A DNA stretch of 32,000 nucleotides, taken from positions 2,280,001-2,312,000 of the forward strand of contig NC_002937.3 in NCBI RefSeq assembly GCF_000195755.1, written 5' to 3'. Made by a program: the position numbers and the translations under genes. A model generated the notes under the pieces. That model saw only the letters and a program-made list of their open reading frames with translations, searched no databases and had not been told where the DNA came from. This document shows positions 15,678 through 25,043 of the stretch, piece by piece (within the stretch, counting starts at the first letter, position 1; every line of letters begins with the position of its first letter). This DNA comes from Nitratidesulfovibrio vulgaris str. Hildenborough. Its GTDB lineage: Bacteria; Desulfobacterota; Desulfovibrionia; Desulfovibrionales; Desulfovibrionaceae.

Positions 15678-16001
15678 TCATCCCACTTTTCATGCCTGCC
15701 GACGATTCATGGTACACCCATCTTGTGTCCCTGATGGCAGGCTGGATAAGTTGCTGGCTGCAAAGAATTCCCCGCTTGAAAAGACAGGTCTTCTCCCTCT
15801 GTCTCCGCCCACTCCTCCCAGCTTTCAGACTCTACACTGTGAGCATAGAGCGTCCTATTGCACATCCCCCCTAACAGCCCCGGCCCATCACACCGATTTA
15901 TCCGAAAGGTTGGCGCAGCGAGCCTGTTGTGCTACAATCCCCCGCATCATCATGCCAGCCATCAAGTCGGCATGAAATCCCTGAACACAACAGGAGCGGA
16001 C

Positions 16002-17159
16002 ATGTATCCCTTCGACTTCTACAATCCGACCCATATCGTCTTCGGCAAGGACAGGCTGCCAGAAATCGACCGTCTCGTCCCGAAGGACGCGCGCGTCCTC
16101 ATCCTCTACGGCGGTGGCAGTGCCAAGCGCTTCGGCACCATCGACGCCGTGAAAAAGGCGCTGGGTGACCGCTTCGTCATGGCCTTCGGGGGCATAGAGG
16201 CGAACCCGCAGTTCACGACCCTCATGCGGGCTGTGGCACTCACTCGCGAGAATGACATCGACTTCCTGCTTGCCGTCGGTGGCGGGTCGGTGATGGACGG
16301 CACAAAGTTCGTCGCCCTCGCCCACGGCTATGAAGGTGACGAACAGGGACTATTGAAGCACGGGCTCAACCCCATTCCCATCGAAAAGGCCCTGCCTCTC
16401 GGCACCGTGGTCACGCTTCCGGCTACAGGTTCAGAGATGAACATGGGCGGGGTCATCAGCCACGGCAACGGAAAATACCCGGTGTTGTGCGCCGCCACGT
16501 TCCCGCGCTTCTCCATTCTCGACCCCACGCTCACCTACACGCTTCCCGCAGCGCAGGTGGCCAATGGCGTCGTCGACACCTTCGTGCACGTCATGGAACA
16601 GTATCTGACCTTCCCTGCCGAGGGCCGTTTTCAGGACAGGACGGCCGAAGGCATTCTGCTGACCCTCACCGAAGTGGGATACGCCACCCTCGAAGACCGT
16701 GCAGACTATGACCCGCGCGCCAATCTCATGTGGTGCGCGACCATGGCCCTCAACGGACTCATCGGCGCAGGCGTGCCGCAGGACTGGACGTCGCACATGA
16801 TCGGGCATGAGATAACGGCCCTGCATGGTGTTGACCACGGTCGCACGCTTGCCGTCATCCTGCCCGCCGTCATGCGCGTGCGCCGCGAACAGAAGCGCGA
16901 GAAGCTGCTCCAATACGGTCGTCGTGTATGGGGCGTCACCGCCAAGGACGAGAACGCTGCCATCGATGAGGCCATCGCCAGAACCGAGTTCTTCTTCGAA
17001 AGCCTCGGCGTACCCACCCGCCTCTCCGCATACGGTATCGGTGAGGAGGCATTCGACGCCATCATCGCAGGTTTGAAGGAGAAGGGGCATACCGCCATGT
17101 CCGAACGGGGCGACCTCACGCTCGAGGATAGCCGGAACATTCTCAAGGCTGCACTGTAG
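16002..17159 (+). CDS. Iron-containing (group III) alcohol dehydrogenase, YqhD/BdhA-like
   Basis: 385 aa from ATG 16002, with AGGAG upstream. Sequence reads MYPFDFYNPTHIVFGKD..., with LAVGGGSVMDGTKF and conserved His residues (HMIGHEITALHGVDHG). Confidence 0.9.
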   Translation: MYPFDFYNPTHIVFGKDRLPEIDRLVPKDARVLILYGGGSAKRFGTIDAVKKALGDRFVMAFGGIEANPQFTTLMRAVALTRENDIDFLLAVGGGSVMDGTKFVALAHGYEGDEQGLLKHGLNPIPIEKALPLGTVVTLPATGSEMNMGGVISHGNGKYPVLCAATFPRFSILDPTLTYTLPAAQVANGVVDTFVHVMEQYLTFPAEGRFQDRTAEGILLTLTEVGYATLEDRADYDPRANLMWCATMALNGLIGAGVPQDWTSHMIGHEITALHGVDHGRTLAVILPAVMRVRREQKREKLLQYGRRVWGVTAKDENAAIDEAIARTEFFFESLGVPTRLSAYGIGEEAFDAIIAGLKEKGHTAMSERGDLTLEDSRNILKAAL

Positions 17160-17237
17160 CAAAGTCGCACTCTGCACTCGGGCCATGAGGCCCGACGCAG
17201 CCCTGCCCGCAACAAGAACATATACACCATACAAGAC

Positions 17238-17264
17238 CGGCCCGGTGCAGCAATGCCCGGGCCG
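17238..17264 (+). terminator. Stem-loop terminator after adh
   Basis: cggcccgg-N11-ccgggccg followed by ttcttc. A second small hairpin lies at 17178-17195. Confidence 0.5.
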
Positions 17265-17469
17265 TTCTTCGTGATGCCTACCGCGCTTCATGTGAGGGTG
17301 TGGGTGGGGCGTACCGCGTCTGAAACCTGCAAGAGTCCTCGAGGACGCGGTACAGAAAGACTACGGCACGATCACATCATGCACGTCAGGGGCCAATCGC
17401 CACTCCCCCTGCCATCGACCCTGCACAGCCCCACGCATATCCTTGCGGATGGCATCGTACCTTGCAGTG

Positions 17470-18987
17470 TCACTTCTGCAGTGCCTCCAGCACCGGGCGA
17501 CGGGCACCGGTCACGGCATGACTGCCCTGATAGGCGATGTAATACGATGAAATCTGAGCGACGTAGGTCACAGGTTCACGCCCGACGTATCGTAACGCCG
17601 CATATTCCACATTGCCGAACCAGCGATTGGGGTCGAGTCCCATCCGTATGGCACGTTCGCGGACACGGGCCATGCGGTTGGGGCCCATATTGTAGGCGGC
17701 AAGGCTGAACAGCGTCCTGTCCGGTTCGCGGATATCGGCATCGGAAAAGTAGTCCGACCGCACATATTCAAGATAGCGCACCCCGGCATGGATGTTCGTC
17801 ACCGCCTCCTTCACGACATCGGGAAAACCCATGGTCCGGGCTGTCGAAGGTAGCACCTGCATCACTCCGACGGCACCGCGTGGACTGCGCAGCTTCTGGT
17901 TGAGACGCGACTCCCGGTAGCCCTGCGCAAGCAAGAGCAACGGGTCGAAGGCATAGGTGTCGCCATAGCGGATGAAATGGGGATAGAGACGCTTTGCCCG
18001 GGCAGCGAACTTGCGGTTGAGCCCTTCGACGTGCCACGACCTGTCTGCGTAATAGCGTTCCAGCAGTCCAGCAGCCTTCTTCACGGCCCTCCCCCCATCG
18101 GCAGCGAAGAAGGCGTTCACTTCATGCAGCAACCCCGGGGCATCGGGGCGTACCGCCCATGCGATGTCCTGCCCCGTCTTCAACTTGAGCGAAGGCAGAA
18201 CCTGCACATCGGGCATGGCGCGTCGCCACAGCCGGGCACGATGACTGTCGGCGACCATCAGGTCTATGGCACCTGTCCCGAGAAGGTCGAAGAGGTCCTC
18301 CGGTTGCAGGTCGGCCGATGGCGTCACGATGTTCAAGGGCGCAAGGCCCTGTGCGGCAAGACGGACGTTGAGTTCGCCCAGATGCTGCTCGTGGCTTGAG
18401 CCCCGGACGACATGCACCGTCCTGCCCGCGAGTTCATCCAGGCTCGTTGGCACGGGTGCACCCTTGCGGATGGCAAAGACCTCGTCGATGCCGCGCAGGT
18501 ACGGCGTGGCGAACGGGACGCGTGCGCTACGTGCCTCCGTGACGGTGAACCCGGCAGCGGCAATGTCCCCCTTGCCCTGCTCAAGCGCCGTCAACAGTTC
18601 ATCGAACGCGACCGGAATGAAGATGGCGCGGACAGGCAGGGCCTTCTTGCCCCCCTTCTTGCCAAGCCATGCGGCGAATGCACGGGCGAGTTCGACTTCC
18701 ACGCCGCGCAGTTCGCCGTCAGCGATGAAGAAATCTCCCTTGCGGTAGGTGACGAGAACACGAAGCACTCCACGTTGCCTTATCTCCTTCACATCACCCG
18801 AGAAGGCCTTCTCCGCAGGGAGGATGAGGTCCTGGATGCGGTCTTCCGGCAACGTCGCCGGGTCATCCTCCTGGGCTGCGACCATGGCGGCGGCTGTACC
18901 CGACACGACAACCAGACAGGGCGCTGTCAGGGCGAACATGAAACAGAACAGCACGACAACGCGTGACCACCCGGAGGATTTCGGCAT
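17470..18987 (-). CDS. mltF: Membrane-bound lytic murein transglycosylase, MltF-like (solute-binding family 3 domain + SLT domain)
   Basis: 505 aa from ATG 18987, with AGGAG upstream. It has a signal peptide, a periplasmic-binding-protein-like N-domain and an SLT catalytic region (YRESRLNQKLRSPRGAVGVMQVLPSTA). Confidence 0.85.
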   Translation of the reverse strand: MPKSSGWSRVVVLFCFMFALTAPCLVVVSGTAAAMVAAQEDDPATLPEDRIQDLILPAEKAFSGDVKEIRQRGVLRVLVTYRKGDFFIADGELRGVEVELARAFAAWLGKKGGKKALPVRAIFIPVAFDELLTALEQGKGDIAAAGFTVTEARSARVPFATPYLRGIDEVFAIRKGAPVPTSLDELAGRTVHVVRGSSHEQHLGELNVRLAAQGLAPLNIVTPSADLQPEDLFDLLGTGAIDLMVADSHRARLWRRAMPDVQVLPSLKLKTGQDIAWAVRPDAPGLLHEVNAFFAADGGRAVKKAAGLLERYYADRSWHVEGLNRKFAARAKRLYPHFIRYGDTYAFDPLLLLAQGYRESRLNQKLRSPRGAVGVMQVLPSTARTMGFPDVVKEAVTNIHAGVRYLEYVRSDYFSDADIREPDRTLFSLAAYNMGPNRMARVRERAIRMGLDPNRWFGNVEYAALRYVGREPVTYVAQISSYYIAYQGSHAVTGARRPVLEALQK

Positions 18988-19311
18988 AGGTGCTCCTTTC
19001 CTGCCCGTGACGGGGAGGCACAAGCCCATGATAGTACGCGATATCGGCATGATGCAAGACATTCTACCCGGCGCGAAAGGCACACTAGGCTGGTGACGCG
19101 AGAAAGCAGGACAGGGCCTTGCCGCCTTGAGACACGCACACCGGGCCGGATGCCCTGCACATTCGCATGGTTGGAAGCTAAAAAATCATCGTGATAAAAG
19201 TTTATTGACACAACAATAAAAATGCGATTACTGCGAAGTCATGCGGTAACGCATTGAACCGTTCCGGCAAGAATGCAGGAATGACAACCAACCGCCGAAA
19301 GGAACACTCGC

Positions 19312-19686
19312 ATGATCAACCCCATCGCCACCCCCAAGGCTCCCGGCGCTGTCGGCCCCTACTCTCAGGGTATAGATACCGGTTCTCTTGTCTTCGCCTC
19401 CGGTCAGTTGCCGCTGCACCCCGAGACCAAGACCATGCCTGCCGACATCCGTGAACAGGCCGCACAGTCGCTGGAGAATCTCAAGGCCGTTCTCGAAGCC
19501 GCCAGCAGCGGACTCGACAAGGTGGTCAAGACCAGCGTCTTCCTTGCCGACCTCGCCGATTTCGCCGCCGTCAACGAAGTGTACGCGAAGTACTTCGCAA
19601 CCCCCTTCCCGGCCCGTTCGTGCTTTCAGGTGGCGGCCCTGCCCCTTGGCGCACGTGTGGAGATAGAAGCCATCGCCGTCAAGTAG
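19312..19686 (+). CDS. ridA: RidA/YjgF/L-PSP family enamine-imine deaminase
   Basis: 124 aa: [14 protein letters not shown]...VFASGQLPL...[19 protein letters not shown]...[23 protein letters not shown]. Confidence 0.9.
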   Translation: MINPIATPKAPGAVGPYSQGIDTGSLVFASGQLPLHPETKTMPADIREQAAQSLENLKAVLEAASSGLDKVVKTSVFLADLADFAAVNEVYAKYFATPFPARSCFQVAALPLGARVEIEAIAVK

Positions 19687-19795
19687 CGACGGCGACAACG
19701 AGGCAGAGGAGAAGGGCCCGTCCCACAAACTCCATAGGGGACGAGGCCGCCAGGCCCTCAGTTCGGCACAACATCAACCACATGGAGAAGCTGCC

Positions 19796-21184
19796 ATGAA
19801 GCGCATTCCCGAACCGTTCCGCATCAAGATGATCGAACCCATTCGCATGACCACCCTCGAAGACCGCACCAGGGCACTCGAAGAGGCGGGGTACAACCCC
19901 TTCCTTCTCAAGAGCGAGGATGTGTACATCGACCTGCTGACCGACTCCGGCACCGGTGCCATGAGCGACCGTCAGTGGGCGGGCCTCATGATGGGCGACG
20001 AGGCTTACGCTGGTAGCCGCAACTTCCTGAATCTCGAAAAGGCCGTGAAGGACGTGTTCGGCTACGAGCACACCGTCCCCACCCACCAGGGGCGCGGCGC
20101 CGAACAGATTCTCTTCCCCTGCCTTGTGGCCCGCATGAAGGGCGACAAGCCCGTCTTCATCTCCAACTACCATTTCGACACCACCGCCGCCCACGTCGAG
20201 ATGACGGGCGCCAAGGCCATCAACGTGGTCACCGAGAAGGCGTTCGACACCGGCACCTACTACGACTGGAAGGGCGACTTCGACCTTGAGAAGCTCGAAG
20301 CCACCATCAGGCAGCATGGCGCGCAGAACGTGGCTGGCATCATCGTCACCATCACCTGCAACAGCGCAGGCGGCCAGCCCGTCTCCATGGCGAACATCCG
20401 CGAGGCAGCAGCCATCGCCAAGCGCCATGGCATCACCGTCATCATCGACTCCGCCCGTTTCTGCGAGAACGCATGGTTCATCAAGCAGCGTGAGGCCGGA
20501 TACGCCGACAAGTCCATCCGTGAGATCATCCGCGAGATGTACTCCTACGGCGACGTGCTCACCTGCTCTGCCAAGAAGGACCCCATCGTCAACATCGGCG
20601 GCCTCTGCTGCATCAAGGAGGACGTCGACCTCTTCCGTGCCGTGCAGGTCCGCTGCGTGCCCATGGAAGGCTTCGTCACCTACGGCGGCCTTGCCGGACG
20701 CGACATGGAAGCGCTGGCCATCGGTCTCTATGAAGGTACTGACGAACACTTCCTCACCTACCGCATCAAGCAGGTCGAATACCTCGGCGAACGTCTGCGT
20801 CAGGGCGGGGTTCCCATCCAGTACCCCACCGGCGGTCACGCCGTGTTCATCGACGCCAAGCTGATGCTGCCCCACATTCCGGGCAACCAGTTCCCGGCAC
20901 ACGCCCTCGCCAATGAGGTCTACATCGAAGGCGGCGTGCGCGGCGTCGAGATAGGTTCGCTGCTGCTCGGGCGCGACCCCGCCACCGGCCTGCAGAAGGA
21001 ATCGCCGCTGGAACTGCTGCGCCTCGCCATCCCGCGCCGCGTCTACACCAACGACCACATGGACTACATCGCCGACACGGTCATCGCCGTGCTCGACCGC
21101 GCGTCGTCCATCAAGGGCCTTGAGTTCACCTACGAACCGCCGGTGCTGCGTCACTTCACCGCGCGTCTGCGCCCCATCGCCTGA
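19796..21184 (+). CDS. tnaA: Tryptophanase (tryptophan indole-lyase, PLP-dependent)
   Basis: 462 aa, collinear with E. coli TnaA as I recall it: [36 protein letters not shown]-lysine motif [21 protein letters not shown] Trp-permease gene lies downstream. Confidence 0.92.
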   Translation: MKRIPEPFRIKMIEPIRMTTLEDRTRALEEAGYNPFLLKSEDVYIDLLTDSGTGAMSDRQWAGLMMGDEAYAGSRNFLNLEKAVKDVFGYEHTVPTHQGRGAEQILFPCLVARMKGDKPVFISNYHFDTTAAHVEMTGAKAINVVTEKAFDTGTYYDWKGDFDLEKLEATIRQHGAQNVAGIIVTITCNSAGGQPVSMANIREAAAIAKRHGITVIIDSARFCENAWFIKQREAGYADKSIREIIREMYSYGDVLTCSAKKDPIVNIGGLCCIKEDVDLFRAVQVRCVPMEGFVTYGGLAGRDMEALAIGLYEGTDEHFLTYRIKQVEYLGERLRQGGVPIQYPTGGHAVFIDAKLMLPHIPGNQFPAHALANEVYIEGGVRGVEIGSLLLGRDPATGLQKESPLELLRLAIPRRVYTNDHMDYIADTVIAVLDRASSIKGLEFTYEPPVLRHFTARLRPIA

Positions 21185-21190
21185 CAGGAC

Positions 21191-21224
21191 GGGGGGAACG
21201 CCTTCGGGCGTTCCCCCCTTTTTT
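21191..21224 (+). terminator. Strong intrinsic terminator between tnaA and the permease gene
   Basis: ggggggaacgcc-ttcg-ggcgttcccccc is a perfect 12-bp stem followed by TTTTTT. Confidence 0.8.
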
Positions 21225-21354
21225 ACATCAACACCGGGAGCATGACGGAAGCACCGCCTGTCCACTGCGGCTATGGACAAGGCCGGAGGCCGATGCCTTC
21301 GACATTCGCACCGCACCCTCCCGCAGAGCACGAGACACATCGAGAGGAGTGACC

Positions 21355-22632
21355 ATGTCACAGTGCATGACAGCCAACGGGCAGACCGCCACGCAAGCCG
21401 GGGTGAAGAATCCCTCGGTTCTTGGCGGCGCCATGATCATAGCCGGGACGACCATCGGCGCGGGCATGTTCTCGCTGCCGAGCGTCTCTGCCGGCATGTG
21501 GTTCTTCTATTCCCTCTTCGTCCTGTTCGGCACGTGGCTTTGCATGTGCCATTCCGGCCTGATGATCCTCGAGGCCAACCTCAACTATCCCGCCGGGACA
21601 TCCTTCGACAACATCGCCAAGGACTGCCTTGCCAGACCCGTGCGGCTGCTGAACAGCCTCTCGGTGGCCTTCGTGCTCTACATTCTCACCTACGCCTATA
21701 TCAGCGGCGGCGGGTCCATCGTCGCGCATACGGTGAAGGCGGCTGTGGGCATCGACGTTCCCATGAAGCTGGGCGGCTTCCTCTTCGCGCTTGTGCTCGC
21801 GTTCGTCGTATGGCTGAGCACCCGCGCCGTCGACCGCATCTCCACCATCATGCTCGGCGGCATGATACTCACCTTCTTCTCGTCGGTGAGCGGCCTCATG
21901 TTCAACGTGCAGCCCGCTGTGCTCTTCGACACCGGCGACACCAGTGCGCCATACTCGCCCTTCATACTCGCCACGCTTCCCTACTTTCTCACCTCGTTCG
22001 GGTACCACGGCAACGTCCCCGGACTCGTGAAGTACTACAACAAGGACCCGAAGGCCGTCGCCAAGACCATCATCTACGGCAGCTTCCTCGGCCTCATTCT
22101 CTACGTGTGCTGGCAACTCAGCGTACTGGGCAACATCCCGCGCGAGGAATTCCTCGACATCGTCGCCAAGGGCGGCAACATGGGCATCCTCGTGGGGGCG
22201 CTGTCCAAGGTCACAGGCAGCACCAACCTCGACTACCTGCTCCAGGTCTTCTCGCATCTTGCCGTGGCGACCTCGTTCCTCGGCGTGACGCTTGGCCTGT
22301 TCGACTGCATCGCCGATACGCTCGGCTTCGACGACTCGCGTCTCGGACGTACCAAGACCGCCATCGTCACCTTCGTGCCCCCGGCCATTGGCGGCCTGTT
22401 CTACCCCGACGGATTCATCATGGCCATCGGCTTTGCCGGGCTTGCAGCCACCGTGTTCGCTGTCATCGTACCCGCCATGATGGCACTGGCCACACGCAGG
22501 AAGTTCGGCAACACCACCTACCGCGCCCCCGGCGGCAACGTGATGCTCTATGTGACCATCGCCTATGGCATCACCGTGGCCATCTGCCATGTGCTGACCA
22601 TGTTCGACATGCTGCCTGTCTACGGCAAGTAG
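21355..22632 (+). CDS. tnaB: Tryptophan/aromatic amino acid permease (Mtr/TnaB/TyrP, HAAAP family)
   Basis: About 425 aa from ATG 21355, with GAGAGGAG 5 nt upstream. Motifs include IIAGTTIGAGMFSLP, LEANLNYP, LYILTYAYISGGG, SFGYHGNVP and GNIPREEF, collinear with E. coli TnaB/Mtr as I recall them. Confidence 0.9.
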   Translation: MSQCMTANGQTATQAGVKNPSVLGGAMIIAGTTIGAGMFSLPSVSAGMWFFYSLFVLFGTWLCMCHSGLMILEANLNYPAGTSFDNIAKDCLARPVRLLNSLSVAFVLYILTYAYISGGGSIVAHTVKAAVGIDVPMKLGGFLFALVLAFVVWLSTRAVDRISTIMLGGMILTFFSSVSGLMFNVQPAVLFDTGDTSAPYSPFILATLPYFLTSFGYHGNVPGLVKYYNKDPKAVAKTIIYGSFLGLILYVCWQLSVLGNIPREEFLDIVAKGGNMGILVGALSKVTGSTNLDYLLQVFSHLAVATSFLGVTLGLFDCIADTLGFDDSRLGRTKTAIVTFVPPAIGGLFYPDGFIMAIGFAGLAATVFAVIVPAMMALATRRKFGNTTYRAPGGNVMLYVTIAYGITVAICHVLTMFDMLPVYGK

Positions 22633-22665
22633 CGAAACGTCACGGGCAGCAGCCCCACGCACCAA

Positions 22666-22697
22666 AAGGCGGCGCATCGTCACTGATGCGCCGCCTT
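22666..22697 (+). terminator. Stem-loop terminator after the permease gene
   Basis: aaggcggcgcatc-gtcact-gatgcgccgcctt is a perfect 13-bp stem. Confidence 0.65.
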
Positions 22698-22937
22698 CGC
22701 ATATGCAGCCCGTCAGGACGAACGCCCGACACTCAGAGGGGTTGAGGGGGCCGTTGTCCCTGCGGGTGGCCACCGTCGCCACGCGTTGCCGTCTTCCCGC
22801 AAGGGGCACCGATGTCGGCCCATCTCACTCGACGGCAGAGGGGTGGCAGATGCCACATGCAGCAGGGGCGACGCCCTTCCGGAAGCGCCGCCCCTGAGAT
22901 GCGAATGCACAGCGAGATGCCGCCACACGGGCGATGG

Positions 22938-23609
22938 TCAGCCATTCACCCGTTGCAGATAGCGGTAGATGGTTGCCTCTGAGGCGGCAAGATGCCTTGC
23001 CACAACTGCCACTGTCCCCTTCAGCAGGAACACGCCCTTCTCGTTGAGGGTGCGCACGATGGCCATCTTCTCGTCCGGCGTCATGCGTTCGGGTGCGATG
23101 GCCGCACCGTTGACCACCTGCCGGATGATGCTGTCGGTGAGGTCTTCGATGGACTCGGCGAAGGTCTCGAGCGTATGCGGCACATCAGGTTCGGGACGTC
23201 TGGGCATGAGCCGCCCGCGTTCGATGAATCTCTCAAGAAGGCCGTGCGCCTCCACGAGGGACGAGGTGTCCATGTTCAGGCACAACATCCCCGCCAGTTC
23301 ACCGTCATCGCTGAGAATGAAATAGGTCGCCGAATGCAGGGGGCGTCCGTCACGACTCTGCGTCTTGTAATCCATGACGAAGGGCCGTTCCTTCCATGCC
23401 CCCTCCTTGAGAAGCCGCAGGGCGAGGTCGGTGAGCGGTGCCCCCTTGCGGCGTCCGCTGATATGATTGTTGGCAATGGCCAGCACCGAATTGTCAGGGT
23501 TTCTGACATCGTGCAGCACCACTTCACAGTCCTCACCCAGAAACGCGCCCAGAAAATCCACAAGCGGCACATACCGCTCGATGGTGCATGAGGTCGTCTT
23601 GTCTGCCAC
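22938..23609 (-). CDS. YheO-like PAS-domain transcriptional regulator with a C-terminal HTH
   Basis: 223 aa with a GTG start preceded by GAAGGA. The N-terminus is LVDFLGAFLGEDCEVVLHDVRNPDNSVLAIANNHISGRRKGAPLTDLALRLL. The C-terminal HTH is VARHLAASEATIYRYLQ. Confidence 0.85.
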   Translation of the reverse strand: MADKTTSCTIERYVPLVDFLGAFLGEDCEVVLHDVRNPDNSVLAIANNHISGRRKGAPLTDLALRLLKEGAWKERPFVMDYKTQSRDGRPLHSATYFILSDDGELAGMLCLNMDTSSLVEAHGLLERFIERGRLMPRRPEPDVPHTLETFAESIEDLTDSIIRQVVNGAAIAPERMTPDEKMAIVRTLNEKGVFLLKGTVAVVARHLAASEATIYRYLQRVNG

Positions 23610-23634
23610 GTCGTATCCTTCGGGTAGTTGCTGT

Positions 23635-23691
23635 GAAAAAATAGTCTTTGTGCAAAAAAACTATTGTACAGCAAAAAAACTGTCAAGCCAA
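23635..23691 (-). promoter_or_regulatory. Candidate promoter/operator region of the YheO-like gene: TTGGCT-17-TACAAT (minus strand) with phased A-tract repeats
   Basis: The -10 lies at plus 23663-23668 and the -35 at 23686-23691. An 11-nt direct repeat GCAAAAAAACT occurs at 23652-23662 and 23671-23681, and a third A6 tract at 23636-23641. Confidence 0.3.
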
Positions 23692-23986
23692 TCTCGCCAG
23701 CACCGCCGCAACACACCACCGGAACGCCCCGAGTGCCCCCCCGGCAGACGTTGTAACAGCCTCACCGACAGAGGTGCCCCTCCATCATGGCGATGCCCGC
23801 CGTCCGCCAGCCCGCCGTGGCCCTTGCCAGACACCCCGGTTCAGGCTTTGCAGAAAAATGTGACTGACCATGCAAAGAAGTGTTGACAGGCGACGAAGGT
23901 TTGCGTTAGCACACGACCCGCACGAGGGAACAGCCCCGATGTCCGCATCAGAGCCGCTTCCTTTCCCACATTGTGGGTCTGAACGT

Positions 23987-24061
<75 letters not shown>

Positions 24062-24071
24062 GAGAAGGCAC

Positions 24072-24100
24072 GGCCGGTCGCAAGACCGGCCTTTTCTTTT
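24072..24100 (+). terminator. Intrinsic terminator after tRNA-Gly
   Basis: ggccggtc-gcaa-gaccggcc followed by ttttctttt. Confidence 0.75.
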
Positions 24101-24320
24101 GCCTTGGGCCAACTGCCGGTGACATATCCGCCACCCGCGGCCTCCACACCCGAGGGCAGCATCGAGCACCGTCCCTGCGGGGGAAAGGCCCCCTGCCGTA
24201 CCGCCCCGGGCAGCATACTCCACGCCCGCCAGCCTCTGCCCTTCACATCTTGCGCAACGCCGTACCTTGAGGCATGAACTCCCGACGGGCAACCACCCGC
24301 AGCAACAGCAAGGAAGGCAC

Positions 24321-25043
24321 ATGCACACCGATACCCCTTCGCTGGAGTCGCTGCTTGAAGCGGCGCGCCAGCGTTACGATGTCGTTTTCGAACCGCTCAC
24401 CGTGGACGAGACCCCCCTCGACGTGCTCCAGATTCGCAACATGCGCCAGCACATCGACGCGCTCGTCGCCAACCGCAGTGTCCGCGACCCGCTGCACGAC
24501 CTGCCCCTGTGGGCGAAAATCTGGCCCGCGTCGTTCGTGCTGGGCCGCTTCCTGCGCAAGGCGTCACCCGAAGGGCGCACGCTCCTTGAAGTAGGGGCGG
24601 GCTGCGGCGTGACAGGACTCATCGCCTCGCGCTATGGCTTCGCACATGTCACCGTGTCTGACATCAACGAGGACGCCCTCCTCTTCGCCCGCGCCAACGT
24701 GCTCAAGAACGGGCTCGAAGACCGGGTTTCAGTGCGCCGTGTCGATGTGGCTTCCACCCGTCTCGACGAGAAGTTCGACGTCATCGCAGCATCGGAGGTG
24801 CTGTACCTCGAAGAGTTGCACCGGCCGCTCATCAAGTTCCTGCTGCGCCATCTCGCACGGCGTGAGGATGCCGTGGCCATGCTCTGCACCGACACCCGCC
24901 GCAAGATGGGGCGCTTCTTCAAGCAGGCCGAACGCGACTTCCGCATCGAGGAACAACTCGTGGGCATCCGCACCACGGGTGACGACGGCGAAGAGGAACG
25001 CCGCGTCTTCACCATCCACCGTCTGCACCACAAACACCCATGA
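24321..25043 (+). CDS. Class I SAM-dependent methyltransferase (protein-lysine / Nnt1-like subgroup suspected)
   Basis: 240 aa from the first ATG, with AAGGAAGG upstream. Motif I is LLEVGAGCGVTGL, post-I is VSDIN, and there is FDVIAASEVLY. Its stop overlaps the YcaO start (ATGA). Confidence 0.8.
   Translation: MHTDTPSLESLLEAARQRYDVVFEPLTVDETPLDVLQIRNMRQHIDALVANRSVRDPLHDLPLWAKIWPASFVLGRFLRKASPEGRTLLEVGAGCGVTGLIASRYGFAHVTVSDINEDALLFARANVLKNGLEDRVSVRRVDVASTRLDEKFDVIAASEVLYLEELHRPLIKFLLRHLARREDAVAMLCTDTRRKMGRFFKQAERDFRIEEQLVGIRTTGDDGEEERRVFTIHRLHHKHP

Noticed and set aside
15345-15734. 129-aa plus-strand ORF in the adh upstream region.
   Set aside because: Its central part is the antisense of the transposase C-terminal remnant (YNKERPHQG on the minus strand). 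It has no Shine-Dalgarno sequence and an odd composition.
19687-19795. Search for a TnaC-like Trp-containing leader peptide or attenuator upstream of tnaA, and of ridA at 19084-19311.
   Set aside because: Only 2-3 codon mini-ORFs and a weak 6-bp hairpin are present. Nothing resembles the enterobacterial tnaC attenuation system.
19679-21361. 560-aa minus-strand ORF opposite tnaA. Similar long ORFs occur at 21358-22809 (-) and 21273-22745 (+) over the permease gene, 5970-7223 (+) over the primase, 2716-3519 (+) over terL, 4897-5787 (+) and 26806-27711 (+).
   Set aside because: These are shadow or off-frame ORFs, typical of G+C-rich DNA. They lie antisense or out of frame to genes with unmistakable family motifs. 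They have Arg/Gly/Ala/His/Pro-heavy composition and no start-site signals.
23883-23911. Perfect TTGACA upstream of tRNA-Gly(GCC), considered as its promoter.
   Set aside because: The best -10 candidates at 17-18 bp spacing (TTAGCA / TAGCAC) are poor, and the tRNA starts about 75 nt further on. It is plausible but too weak to list as a feature.
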